A DNA stretch of 64,000 nt, from NCBI GenBank assembly GCA_011109175.1, contig RDEW01000047.1, positions 261,304 to 325,303 of the forward strand, written 5' to 3'. This document shows positions 49,325 through 62,640 of this stretch, in pieces. Position 1 is the stretch's first letter. Each line of letters starts with the position of its first letter. This DNA comes from Dicyema japonicum (Eukaryota > Animalia > Dicyemida). The position numbers and the translations under genes are program-made. Under the pieces are notes generated by a model. It had not been told where the DNA came from, did no database searches, and saw only the letters and a list, made by a program, of their open reading frames with translations.

Positions 49325-52240
49325 TAATAACCCCGGGAACACCGAGAAAGAAAGACAAAAGAGTCAAACAGTTAAGTGATCCCAGTCCTCGCAATCAATT
49401 GTGCCATTCGACGTCTGATCTTCCATTGTCCCCACTACTTTCCGGAAGAGCCTTCTCTCGGTCTTGCAGAGGAATCCGATCGGGGAGGGGAATTTCTTAT
49501 CCAATCGGTTTTCTCTTGCCATGGAAAGGATCAGGCGAAGCGGGTTTCCATCTTCCTCACAGACGCGAAGAAATCCGGAACCACGACTACGGATCTTAGC
49601 TTCCATGAGTAGTGGGTCGACTGTTGATCCATTACGTGGGCAAAGCATACTGATTGTTTTCTGGTGTATTGAGTTGACTCTGTGGACCATAGACTCCGAT
49701 AGCGCGAATCTCCATGCAACGGAGGCATACTCAACGGCTGGCGCGATTGTTTGTTGGTAGAGGGTAGAAACAGAAAAGTCCATATTCCTCGGGGTCCTCC
49801 GGACAAGGGCGCGTAAAACGTTAATTTTCTGGAGGCCCCTGGTAATCATGTCTTTTGCGTGGGAGTTAAAATTGAGTAGACTGTCGTACTTGACTCCAAG
49901 GACAGTGGGGGACCTTGTCACTGGAATCCGAGTGGGACCAATAAAGATACTCGGTTCATCCTTAGAACGACGGTCCGAAGTGAAAGTGGAACAGATAGAC
50001 TTGGTTGCAGAAATCGTAAGTCGATTGCCAACAATCCAATCGTGGAGAGTGTTCAATTTTGCCTGAGTTTTAAAGGATGCGACGAGCGGTTCCGTATTGC
50101 AATGACTACATCGTCTGCGTAGGATAATAGCAGGGAATCTTTGTCTCCATCATTAGGTAGGTCGTGTAGGAATAAGTTGAATAGAATTGGTGAAAGTGGA
50201 GACCCCTAGGGTACCCCGTTCGGTAGTAATCGTGATCTAGATCTGAGATCACCACTGATTACTCTTCCACGTCTTCCAGACAAAAAGTTGGGCAGCCATA
50301 ATTTTACATTCGGACGAATATTAGTAGAAAATATTTTTCCAACCAGGATTTTCCTCGAAACAGTGTCAAAGGCTTTGTTGATGTCAATAGAAACCAAGAT
50401 TGTGCGTTTTTGAGGCAGGGAATGGGTGTTAAAACCGTCGGCAATGAACTGCGATAGGGTTGCCAAGTATGTAGCGGTGGACCTACCGCGGAGGAAACCA
50501 TGTTGAAATATAGGACGTGGAAGATACGGAATAATGACAGATAATACAAATTTTTGACAGTGTGCTGGTAACAGATATAGGCCTGTAGGAGGCAGGTTCT
50601 GTCTTTGGAATAATATTATAGTTAATGGACAGGTTGTATATTTGCGTGAGGTAGCCAATTGCGTAGTGGCTTAGGTGTTTTAGGTGAATAGAAGATACTT
50701 TGTCAGGCCCGCACGCCCGTGAGCTCTTTAATATGGTGATAACATCCAAGACTTGGTCATTTGTGAATAATTCGTGGTAAGGTTCCTTCTTCGGTTTATG
50801 GGCACGCACCTTAATGTCCAGGTGTTTCGAGAAAGGTTTGAAGCTAATTCCAGCGTAATGTTTCATAAGGGTGTTAGGATGTAGGTGGCATAAGTGTTCA
50901 GGAAAAGACTTTCCGGTTTCGTCTGCATCATCCAGCTCCGACTTGACTTGTTTAAGAGTTTTTCAGAAATGTCGGGATGTACTTTTCCTGTCGAGGTGGT
51001 TAACTAGATGCTGCCATCTCTTGTCCTTGTGTTCTTTTATGCTCTGACAGATCCTTTTATTTAGTTGTCTGAGGGCTGTCAAAGACTTCAGGTCCAACAG
51101 ATGGCATCTCTTCAACCGGTCTCTTTGTTTATAAGACTTATTGTATAAGAGCTGAGGGTAGGAATAAACTTCTTGTACGATATAGGAATAAAAATATGGT
51201 CAGCTTTCTGAATGGCAGTGCTGATAATTTCTGCGGCATCATCAATAGAGCGTATTGGAGAGGATAATCTCAGGGCCAAGAATTTATCCACAAGGTTACT
51301 GAAATCGGACCAGTCAACCTTCGTATAATCCTTGAATCTTTTTGATTCCGCCGGCCGTCTCCTGTATCGTCGAAGACCTCTCAATTTTAGAAGGATTGGA
51401 TTGTGGTCACTGGAGAAGCCGTAAAAGACGTTCCAGGAAATGAATCCAGCCAGAGAAGGTGAGCATAGTGTTAAGTTGGGGGATGTGCAGCTATCAGTCA
51501 TCCTTAATGGGGTCCTCGTATAGAGTTAGGGTTGTTCAGTATAATCAGGTCAGGAAGATAATTTACAATGAGTTCTCGGTTATCAGAGGATTGGGAAGTA
51601 AGCCAAACTGGATGTCGTGCATTAAGATCCCCACATAACAGTAGATTTTTCAATGTTGAAATGCGTGATAAATCAGGGGTGTAAGATGTCGGACACGATC
51701 CTTGTGGAGGAATATATAAATTAGCCAAATGGATCCAAAAAAACGGGAATAACTCGATTTTGACAGTAATCTGCTCCAAAGTCTTGTCAGTGCCATAGAG
51801 CTCTGAGGTTCGTTGAGTTTTATCCATAAAAGGAATATCGTTCTTCATAATAGTAAGTAGTCATCCTCCGCGTCCTCCCTGACGATCTTTACGGATCACT
51901 GTGTATCCGGGAAAAGAGGGTGTTGGTATGGAGGGAGATAGCTTGAACTCCTGTATTAAATCGAGGTCAGCCTCATTTTCGCGGAAGAGTGCCCGGAGTT
52001 CAAAGATTTTCTTCCTGATCCCATTCGTATTCAGTTGTATAATTGTAAAACCTCTCCATGGACCATGATTGGTTTTGACGTCTCCACATAGAAGAATCAA
52101 AAGTCTGGACAAATGGGGACACCAGACAGGGTCGAAGACACAGGAGATGAAAAGACCACCGGACGGTGGGGAGAAGCTGTTGGCTCTTTTCGTTCCTTTT
52201 TGGAATGGGTGACACCATTTCTGGTGAGCCACATGACACC
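49325..52240 (-). mobile_element. Near full-length Ingi/Vingi-like non-LTR retrotransposon (2A-like + APE + RT, no ORF1 or RNase H), frameshifted
   Basis: LLCGDVKTNHGP, IIQLNTNG..IQE, GDLNARH, SDHNP, QHGF..RST, DINKAFD, NGVP, YADD, LGVKYD. Ends WDHLTV* plus an A-rich tail. About 2.9 kb. Confidence 0.92.
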
Positions 52241-52403
52241 ACGCTAACAACATTTCTAAATGGATGGCTGTGCTAATTCCGATAACATTAAGAGAAAGAA
52301 TCAAAGAGAAAATAGTACGAGAACATCAAGATGGTAAATGATATAGAAAGCATTCGAAAACTTTTAATATTATAATCAGCTCAATTGGAAGCATCATTAT
52401 GAT

Positions 52404-52614
52404 TAGGCTTACCATCCGTCCGGATTTTGTCCCGGATTATTAAATTTATTATTATTTAGTAATGTGGGGTTGTGATAATCAAAAATTTCTAGATAAAGTC
52501 CATTCAGTTCAAAAATTTCAAATAAATATATTTTTTTGTCCCGGAAAGTTTTTGATTTTAATTATCAAAATCAATAAATGTCCCGGAATTTTAGAATAAT
52601 AAAGTGGTAACCTA
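52404..52614. mobile_element. MITE, hAT (Blackjack-like) type
   Basis: Imperfect TIR taggcttacca / tggtaaccta with repeated GTCCCGGA subterminal motifs. No clear TSD. Confidence 0.55.
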
Positions 52615-53359
52615 GATATAACCAATTTGGTATGTGTTACGACAGCTTGACATAGAAATTCAATGTCAGCGTTTACAGAAAAGTCCTCGACTTCTCTTTT
52701 ACGTCGAATAGAAGGTTACCAAATTATTCCGCCGAACTATTCTTGAATGTTGAACTAATCCCACACAATAAACAAGCAAGATTCTAGGAGTAACATTCGA
52801 CATCCTCATGACCTTCAGCATACATGTGCCAAACATAATCAGTGCTTCGGCACGAAAGCTTAACTTCGTGAAGGTGCTCAAAATTTTAAGTTCATTATCC
52901 ACGTTGTACACTCAGTTAATCGAGCCAACTATATGGTGGTTCTGAATACAACGTCAGAGTTTACAAGTTTATCAAAACTTTTATTCATTGAAAAAAGATT
53001 GCTCTGGAGACTAAGACTATTATCCAAAACCCAATATTTTTCCCTGGGTCTACTTAAAGTCGTTGAAACAAATTCTTCAGTCTCCATTTATAAAATTTGA
53101 GGAGATAAGGGGAACTTCAGAAAGAGAAAAAAAAGTTTACAGTCATAGCTAGTTTTAATAGGTTCCAGTACATTAAACCAAAAAAATTAAATCATTATAG
53201 AGCAAATAATATTCATAATGTCAATGTATTACGTAATCAATGAGTCATGACAGGTATCTTCTCGTACCCACGGTTAAAGACATTTACCCATGTGACTCTA
53301 CCACATTCGATAATCTAAAATGGAAATAAATAATCTTGTTATCTTATCTCTTAATTTTA

Positions 53360-53960
53360 CAACCCAAGACCACGGTAAAACCAAACTAATGAACGTTTGT
53401 TAGTTAACCCCAACCTCACTAACTTGTAGGAGGCCAGGAGCTATTAAGTAGGACGCAGCAGATGTTGGTTGTTCCCATAGATCGGTCAGTTCCGGCATTG
53501 TGGAGAAACGTTGTGCCAATTCATGACATTGAAATAGATGATTTGTTGTCAACACGTGGAGGTTGCAAAAAAGGACAGAGTATATTATATGTTGATAGAT
53601 ATGGGTAGTGCCCACATCGTAGACGAGTCAGGTTTACTCGGACATCCCTTGGAAGAGAGGATTCTGATTGGTCTATTGGAGGAGAGGGTTGCTGTAATAT
53701 TTTATTGTCTTCGAGTCTTCAGATGCTTCTCGTAGAAACAAAATCGTGTGTCTGTTTCAGACGACTCCTGTCATTGGGGATGGATGATAAGATTCGAGAC
53801 AGGTCACTGGTTGTCATAATAAATTTCCTTTTGTTTTGCGGTTTGCATAGAGAGTGGCAGGGATGTTCTAGGCTGTAGGCTTGGGAGGGGAACTGCAGGG
53901 CTCTCATTTCCAGATGGTCTCCAATTGGAAGGATCTTTGACTCCCAATGTAAACTAATGA
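53360..53960 (-). mobile_element. Vingi-like LINE 3' fragment
   Basis: LFCNL..TTNHLFQC..TDLWEQPTSAASYL C-terminal knuckle. Confidence 0.75.
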
Positions 53961-54078
53961 ACCTACAATGATGGAATAAAGAAATTAATAGATATTAATA
54001 ATTAAAATATTAAATTTAATAATAATTGTTATCAGTATTTATCGCAAAATTGTATAAGAATTTTAATTTTACGTTGTA

Positions 54079-55236
54079 ATGGATTTCATAGAGACTGATC
54101 CTATTGATAATAATTGTCATTGCCATTCACAAAAACCAAATGATTATACAACAAAGAAGGCTAAAAGAAAGCTGTTGATTGCTTTTTTTATTGCTGTGAC
54201 TTTTACTTTGTTAGAATTCATAGGTAATCCATTAAATATAATTAAGGTGGAATTATGTCCAACAGTATTTCTGTTATGACTGACTCTGCTCATATGCTAG
54301 TCGATATTATCAGCATATTTGTTAGCTACCTATCACTTGTTGCTCTCTCAAAACCATCAACAAAGAAATTTAGTTTTGGGTGGCATAGAATTGGTTATTT
54401 GCTTTAAATAACTAAAGAGGTATTGGCTTCTCTCTTTTCCATGATGTTGTTGATTATTCTCACTGTTATTTTGGATTATGCTGCTGTTTATAGGGTTATC
54501 AATGGGAATTTCAAGATTGATGCTAAAATTATGTTAATAGTTTCAGCCTGTGGGGTTGTCTTCAATGTTATGTTGGTCTTTAAACTTTATTTAGAATGGT
54601 ATTGATCCTTCATAGTGGACATGACCACTCTCACAATGGTGATTAATAATAATTTTATTTAGAATCCCATGAACATAGTCACCATAGTATGGGCTTATCA
54701 GCTGCATTTGTGCATGTAGTAGGGGACTTAATTCAGAGTGTAGGTGTATTTACAGCAGCTCTTATTATATATTTTAAGGTTATAATAAATCATTATTATA
54801 GCCTAATCTTATAATTGCTGACCCAATTTGTACTTTTATCTTTTCTATTTTGGTCATCATAAGCATGTACAAGGTTATTAAGGATATATTCTATGTTTTA
54901 ATGGAAGGTAATCATTTTCCTCATATGGTAGCTGTTCCAGTCGGTGTTGACTATAATGCTCTATGGAATAGTCTCGCTGGAATTCACGGAGTTGTAGCAG
55001 TACACAATGTCAGAGCCTGGTCCCTCACTCATTCAAAACTTGTATTTGCTGCACACGTGGCTATTGGTTTGGTTATGTAAAAATGTCTAGAAACAAATAG
55101 TGATTATTGTTACATTTTGAATCAATGTTCAAATAAACTAAAAGAAGAATTTAATTTTTCAGAAATATATCTTCAAGTAGAAGAATATCATCAAAAAATG
55201 GAAAATTGTACAGACTGTGTGGGTCCAAAGACATGA
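54079..55236 (+). CDS. Zinc transporter, ZnT/SLC30A2-3-8 subfamily (CDF), 8 exons
   Basis: AKRKL..EFIGG..DSAHMLVD, FSFGWHRIEV, His-rich loop, AAFVHVVGDLIQSVGV, ADPICTF, LMEAVP, VHNVRAWSLT. 7 introns of 23-24 nt. Confidence 0.93.
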
Positions 55237-56289
55237 TTTCCTTGTATTCTTTACTCTATTAATTTGTTATGGAATATTAATAATCTTTATTTTAATTGAT
55301 TTTAAATTAAATATTTAAAATAGGGTTATCTTTCCATTTAAAAATTATAACATTTGAAATTAATTTTGAATATTTAAAGTCTCGCTTACTTCACAAAATC
55401 AAGGCCTAGCAGAGGAGCAAGGGTTTCAAATATTCATATGGTAACTATTTCTCGATGTCTGGCATCACATTTCTCATTTGGTCCATTTAAAAATAATTTA
55501 TCGATTAAAATTATTAACCGCAGAAAATTTATCTAAAAAATCAAATTAGTTCCAAATTCAGTGCTTTTAGCTGTTCATTGACTACTTATTCAGTATCTCC
55601 GAATAGGGACTCTGACAGATGAGAACTTGAAAAATATCTAGTCCTTGGATATTGTTCAAATAACCAGCAGCGGTCCCGGAGATCTCCTGTTCGTGCAGAA
55701 ATCCAATTCACTAGACGACTCATGANNNNNNNNNNNNNNNNNNNNNNNNNNNNNNNNNNNNNNNNNNNNNNNNNNNNNNNNNNNNNNNNNNNNNNNNNNN
55801 NNNNNNNNNNNNNNNNNNNNNNNNNNNNNNNNNNNNNNNNNNNNNNNNNNNNNNNNNNNNNNNNNNNNNNNNNNNNNNNNNNNNNNNNNNNNNNNNNNNN
55901 NNNNNNNNNNNNNNNNNNNNNNNNNNNNNNNNNNNNNNNNNNNNNNNNNNNNNNNNNNNNNNNNNNNNNNNNNNNNNNNNNNNNNNNNNNNNNNNNNNNN
56001 NNNNNNNNNNNNNNNNNNNNNNNNNNNNNNNNNNNNNNNNNNNNNNNNNNNNNNNNNNNNNNNNNNNNNNNNNNNNNNNNNNNNNNNNNNNNNNNNNNNN
56101 NNNNNNNNNNNNNNNNNNNNNNNNNNNNNNNNNNNNNNNNNNNNNNNNNNNNNNNNNNNNNNNNNNNNNNNNNNNNNNNNNNNNNNNNNNNNNNNNNNNN
56201 NNNNNNNNNNNNNNNNNNNNNNNNNNNNNNNNNNNNNNNNNNNNNNNNNNNNNNNNNNNNNNNNNNNNNNNNNNNNNNNNNNNNNNNNN

Positions 56290-57780
56290 ATACGCGGAAG
56301 ACACATAGTGGGAGCAAAGAAGTGGAAATGCTCCGTCTTAAGGAAACTGCTCGTTCGATATTAATTGGTGGTACCCGCGCAGCTATCAGGGCACTTTCAT
56401 CAAGAGGACCGCGAAAACTGACTCCCGAGCCTACAATATTTCGCTGAACAAGCATCATCTGCCGCCCCACTACTTACGTCCAGTCGCTCCCTCAGACGGA
56501 GTGTGTCCCTTGACTAACCTCTTTACCCAAAGAAAAAAGATCTAACCTCTTTATCCATAGGAGACCAGGGACTTGGTATGAATTCAAATGCTTCACTTAT
56601 GAACCGGATCCTGTCTAGAGTTCTTCCCGAAGTTATTTGCCAATTTGATAGCCTTCGATAAGAAGGGCGGAGGAGTACGACCGGTTGCATTCGAGTTTGT
56701 CTTCAGAAAACTGGCTGTTAAAATTACCCCAGACATTCTATTCCACTCGGCAAAAAATTCTTGAACCCTCCTCAAGTAGGAGTCGATGTTCGTCTTGGAT
56801 GCGAGACCGCTGTCCATTCAGCGAGGATATTCCTAAACAGCAGTATAGAAGATTCCCGGGGACATGTCCTGGTCAAACTGGACATCAAAAACGCCTTCAA
56901 TAGTCTAAGGCGAGATAATATCCTGAAGGCGTGTATTGAGAGATGCTCTAATATTTTCAAATTTGTGAATCAGTCCTATAGTCTTTTATGAAGACTACCT
57001 AATCCCATCGTCTCCTTGAGTACAGCAAGGAGATCCTTTTGGTCCCTTGTTGGTCTGTATTGCAATAGAGAGAATCACCAAACTTCCGCGCTCGTCCCTC
57101 AACCTATGGTATCTGGATGATAAGGTTCTCGGAGGACCCCCAGATACTGTCTTTCAGGATTTGGAGATGATAATTCCAGCCCTGTCATAAGCTCAACTGG
57201 AATTAAATTTTAGTAAATTAGAGATCTACAATTAAGGTATTTCAAAGATAAGTATTCACAAGGAGTGTCAATCTTTCTCGAATTTACTATCTGGAAGTAT
57301 TTCCACGCCCGATGAAGACTTTATATATTTCGGATCCCCAATCACCATGCGGTAATGAAGAGAGCTTTTCGGGAAAAACTACTGATACTCAGATTGACTA
57401 GACAGTTTGTGTCTACTTGACGTGAATACATCATTATTTTTCCTAAAAAACAGCCTCAACGTACAAATATATCCAGAGGACTGCTCCTTATTTCACCCAA
57501 TGTGATCAATTCGCACAGATTGACAGGATCTTATGTTCGACAGTGGAGCGTATCTTCAACGTCCGGTTTGAAGAATGCTAATGGAAGGAGGCCACACTAC
57601 AAGTCAAGCTCGTTGGGCATGGAATTCGCAACTCTGTAGACATTTTTTCCCCGCATATCTCTCGTCGCTACTTGCCTATAACCAAGAAAGAAGGTATCAA
57701 AACTCAAAACTGATCTCGATTTTTCCGCATGGATAACCTTTCCTCCTGGTTCTACACAGAAACGCAGGAAACTTGGATAA
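56290..57780 (+). mobile_element. CRE-like RT region, decayed
   Basis: KKGGGVRPVA..FRKLA, QVGV..GCETAVH, KLDIKNAFNSL, VQQGDPFGPL, WYLDD. Confidence 0.85.
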
Positions 57781-58634
57781 TTTGGACTCGTTTAAAGGAT
57801 AGTATCAAGCTGTATGATTCTCGCCTGAGTTATGTTCAAATTTCGTTAATAGAGCAAAATTCCATGCAAAAAACCTTATTCGATGGTTGGTAAAATATCT
57901 GATTCAGATTAATTTTAATTTATTACCCCCTGATACACCGAGAAAGAAGTTAAAGTAAACGACTAATGAAGTGTATCCATTTTCATCTTCTACAGAAACA
58001 GAGTCCATCCGGAATCAACATAAAGGGTAAAAGACGTTTATACTTACAGTTGTGGGAACCCCTTCAGTGGAGTGGGGGAAAGCAAATGATCCTTTTTCGT
58101 GTCAGCCAGGCACTGGGCGCAACCTAGACAAGTGGATCTCATGACGCCACTCTAATAGAAAGAGAGAGGAGGAACAGACTAACAAACAGAAAACTTCAAC
58201 CAAATATCTACGCAGCTCCACATGGCACCACGCGTCTGATTCAGATTTATTTTATTTTAAAACCGCAAGACCACAAAAAAAGTATTAACTCGCTAAGTTA
58301 AGTGATCCCAGCCTCCACATCTCTCGAATTCTCCTCGAATGCTCTGCCAGTGAACCAACAGCATTTCTGAAGTGTCTTCTTTTATGTCTGCAGATGAATT
58401 CTATCGGAGTGGACTTTTCTAATACGATCTGAATTCCTTCGCATGAACCACCTCTCTCTGAATGGGTTTCCTAGCGGCTGATTCAGATCACCGTGGTAAT
58501 TGAATATATTCGAATTTATGATAACATTTATATTATTATAAATATCAAATTAATGTGTCAAATATAAATAATTAATATTATAAGTTTAATTGCGACTCAT
58601 TTTAAATATTTAAATAAATTAAAAACAAAGGATA

Positions 58635-59924
58635 ATGTTGAGGTACATGTCAGATGCTTATAAGAATATTGAGTGTCAGGAATATTTAAGATCATATAAT
58701 ATTCTTGACAAAAGGGAATACACAATGTCACAGTTTTGTATATGCTTCAATGAAGCATCAGAGGATCCCACTAAGAGACAATTGATAGTAAATGCCCTCA
58801 GAATTGGTGGAGAGTATATATTTGCTAATCATCTGGAGTCATCAAAACGGATTTATACTTGTTTGTATGTATTTATTATTATAGTACATAAAACAAGAAT
58901 TTTGGGGGAAATATCGATTCGTATACTATTACATAAGGTACATGTCTATATAACACAAGAAGACTGACAACACTAAATTAAAGGACTTATCTCTTCAAAG
59001 TATTCATGATACCTCTTTTGGCACCTTGTTGAGAGAATTTCCCAAAAGTATAGGAGATAGTCTCTGTTGTAATGAGTTTGATGAATCCTTCAACTATTCT
59101 ATTAAAGAAATCGTACCTAAAAAGAGGAACAAATTATGGAAGAAACTATTATCCTCTTTTTGTTGTCTCCGAGGATCTACCCAACAGTACAAAAAATGTA
59201 AAGTAATAATAGTTTAACGATTTGAGGTTTCAAATGTCGAAAAGACTGCATTTGGTTGTTTCATCTCCCAGACTACGTCATTAAAGTCCTTAAAGTCAGT
59301 ATGTAAGGATGTAAGTAATANCTGTTGTAATGAGTTTGATGAATCCTTCAACTATTCTATTAAAGAAATCGTACCTAAAAAGAGGAACAAATTATGGAAG
59401 AAACTATTATCCTCTTTTTGTTGTCTCCGAGGATCCACTCAACAGTACAAAAAATGTAAAGTAATAATAGTTAACGATTCGAGGTTTCAAATGTCGAAAA
59501 GACTGCATTTGGTTGTTTTATCTCCCAGACTACGTCATTAAAGTCCTTAAAGTCAGTATGTAAGGATGTAAGTAATATATTGGGGACTGAGTCTTTTAAA
59601 GCAAAGACACCAGATTGCGTAAATAATAATTACCAGATTGATGATTTGAAGAACTTATTTATAGAATCACTCTCATACTATATAGAAACTGATATGAAAT
59701 GTCTACTTTTCGAAATTTCAACAGAAGGAGATTATTGTTTGAGAGTGAGGTTGATATGCCCAAAGTTGGAGTATCTCAATGAATTATGGAAATGTTACTT
59801 AAATGAATATTTGGAAGGCCCAATTGGAGAATGCGTCGAGAATATTCTAAAACCATCAGATTATAAAATAGAAATGTCAATTGATGAGTACTACTTAGCT
59901 AAAAGAGAATTGGAGAATAAATGA
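58635..59924 (+). CDS. Uncharacterised protein, possible death-fold N-terminus and TRADD-like/DEDD-C-like C-terminal domain
   Basis: Spliced ORF (2-3 introns of 22-24 nt) after collapsing the duplication at n59321. C-terminus CLRVRLICPKLEYLNELWKCYLNEYL..IDEYYLAKREL. Confidence 0.6.
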
Positions 59925-60149
59925 TATATTTATTATAAATACTTTTTAAACTTTAACAACTTTATTATTAAATGAATATTTGGAAGGCCCAATTGGAGAA
60001 TGCGTCGAGAATATTCTAAAACCATCAGATTATAAAATAGAAATGTCAATTGATGAGTACTACTTAGCTAAAAGAGAATTAGAAAATAAATGATATATTT
60101 ATTATAAATACTTTTTAAACTTTAACAACTTTATTAGAAAGGAATAATT

Positions 60150-60950
60150 AAAGAGGGAGTTATTTGGCCTCATGTCGCAAGTCCTGCAAACGCTTGGACT
60201 CTTCTCTGCGCTCTTAGACCTTTCTTATTGTTTATTCTGTGCTGCAACATACGAGTCAATGATGGCATCTTTTTTTAGGTAGTTTTCCATCCTTTTTTCT
60301 GCTGCATTTTTTATCGACATTACTAGCAAATTTTTATCTTCATATAGCTTCTCGTCGAGCCTTTTGTGTAAGGCAATCTGCACTGTAGTACCATCCCTCT
60401 AGTCCATAAAGGAGTGATGGAATGATCGTACGTGAAAAAAATAAATAAAAACATATCCGTTTCGAGTCTCAATTTCCTCATACACAATAACGCATAGTGG
60501 GCTTTCTTTCTTTTGAGTTTAAAATTGAACAATGTGCTCCCAGATTTCTCAAAAGCTGTTCCGAGATACTTCAGAAAGCTCACAATGTTGATTCCGCATA
60601 TGGAGTTTTTCTGATTTCCCTTACCATTCCGACTGAGGAACATCATTGCACTCGATTTTTCTTCTGACAGTTTTAACCGATTAAGGCTCCACCAGTATTT
60701 TATCTCTTCCATGTATAGATTGAGTTTCCTCTCTGAGATCATGCTCGATCTTGACANATTTACTTTACCATTGACTGAGGAACATCATTGCACTAGATTT
60801 TTTTTCTGACAGTTTTAACCAATGAAGACTGCACCAGTCTTTTATCTCTTCCATGTACAGATTGAGTTTCCTCTCTGAAATCATGTTCGATCTCGACACA
60901 TCAGACAGTAGCACGTCGTCTGCGTATATCAGAGATCTCGTATTAGAAAG
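60150..60950 (-). mobile_element. LINE RT 3' fragment
   Basis: LIYADDV, LKYLG. Related to the adjacent plus-strand element. Confidence 0.75.
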
Positions 60951-61049
60951 TTAAGAAAAATAATTTTCGGATAGCTTAGTGCAGCGAATTGTATCGAAAA
61001 AACCCAAACTTTTCCACTGTTGCAATGTCATGATAGGTCTCCTGTATCT

Positions 61050-62640
61050 TTATAAGAAATTCCTAACCTGTTTGGGGATGAACTCTCGAAAATACAACAG
61101 GTTAACCCTGATGAGCGACTGTCTTCTTTGGCTCTCAGTTCTCTAAAAGAAAAGTTGGAAAAAGTAGTTAGTTCTTTACCTCTACGTCACATCCCTATAA
61201 ATGCTGGAGAAGTTGAAAATGCGGTAAAATGCACTAAAGACAATGCTCCTGGAAAGGACAAGATCGCTATTCGTTTATTCAAGAAAGCACCCAAGGTACT
61301 CTATGAATATCTGGGATGTTTCTANCCTGATGAGCGACTGTCTTCTTTGGCCCTCAGTTCTCTAAAAGAAAAGTTGGAAAAAGTAGTTAGTTCTTTATTT
61401 CTACGTCACATCCCTATAAATGCTGGAGAAGTTGAAAATGCGGTAAAATGCACTAAAGACAATGCTCCTGGAAAGGACAAGATCGCTATTCCTTGATTCA
61501 AGAAAGCACCCAAGGTACTCTATGAATATCTGGGATGTTTCTATACGTGCAGTATCAGGTTGGGTCATATACCTTCTCATTGGAAATTAACGGAGGTCAG
61601 TACGTAAATCAAGGAAACCTGGGTACTTAACAACCAGTTATAGCCTCATAAGCCTTATTCCAACGATCTCAAGAGTTATGGAAAGATTTGTATTCAACAG
61701 ACTTTCTGAAAATATAGAACGTAATGATATACTAAAAGAGCATCAGTGGGGTTTTCGACAAGATCGGTCTTGTGGAGATTGTTTGTACAGTGTCAACGCG
61801 TCAATTGTGAAGGCTTTGGAAACTAAAGGGTGTTTGACCGCAGTCTGCCTTGATATATCCAAAGCTTTCGACAGTGTGTGGCATCTTGGACTTCTTATTT
61901 GTCTTGCGAAATGTGGTGTTGAAAAGGAACTTTATTTTTGGATACAAGTTTGCTTTCGGATAGACGGTCAATTGTTAATTTTTTAAACTATGAATCTCGT
62001 AAAATTTGGTTGAGAAGAGGTGTACCTCAGGGTTCAGTGCTTAGTACTCTATTATTTAACATTGTAATGTGTGAATTGCCTTCCCCAGAAAACCCACGTA
62101 CAGAAATTTTGATATACGCTGATGACGTCATAATTTATGATTTTTCTTTAAACTCTTTGGTATCTGAGAAACGATTGAAGACGTACATGGACAAGATTAA
62201 AGAGTGGTGCAATGGAAACTTCCTTTCGGTGGCACATGAGAAGTCTGGTATGCTGAGGATAACTGGAAGTAGGAGGATGGCTAACCTAAAAAGCTTGTTA
62301 CAAGACATACCTCGGAAGAAGACTATGAAATACCTTGGCCTCCTAATTGACGATGGAGGTAATTTTATGGAACATGCTAAAATACGAAAAAAAGCTACGA
62401 ACGCTCTTTACTGCGTTAGAAAATTAAAGCTCGAGCCGAAGACCTTTGTTTATGTCTTCAACACTGCAATACTACCTGCAATTTTATACGGTTTAGAAGG
62501 ATAGTACGATTCGAAAAAGATAGACTCTATCCTCAAGAAATTTGAGAAAACGCGAAATTTGCTCTAAAGCTTGCTTACGGGATAAGTCCTCGTATGCCAA
62601 TTCCCCTATGGTTAGAAGGAAAAATGTGCAAGGTCGGCAG
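61050..62640 (+). mobile_element. Jockey/I-group LINE RT region
   Basis: APGKDKI, QWGFRQDRS, LDISKAFDSVWH, GVPQGSVLS, YADD, MKYLGL. Confidence 0.9.

Noticed and set aside
48670-49760. Overlapping plus-strand ORFs
   Set aside because: Antisense shadows of the LINE 3' end and its duplicated copy.
55586-56470. Long ORFs spanning N runs (also 23877-24723)
   Set aside because: Artefacts of translating through assembly gaps.
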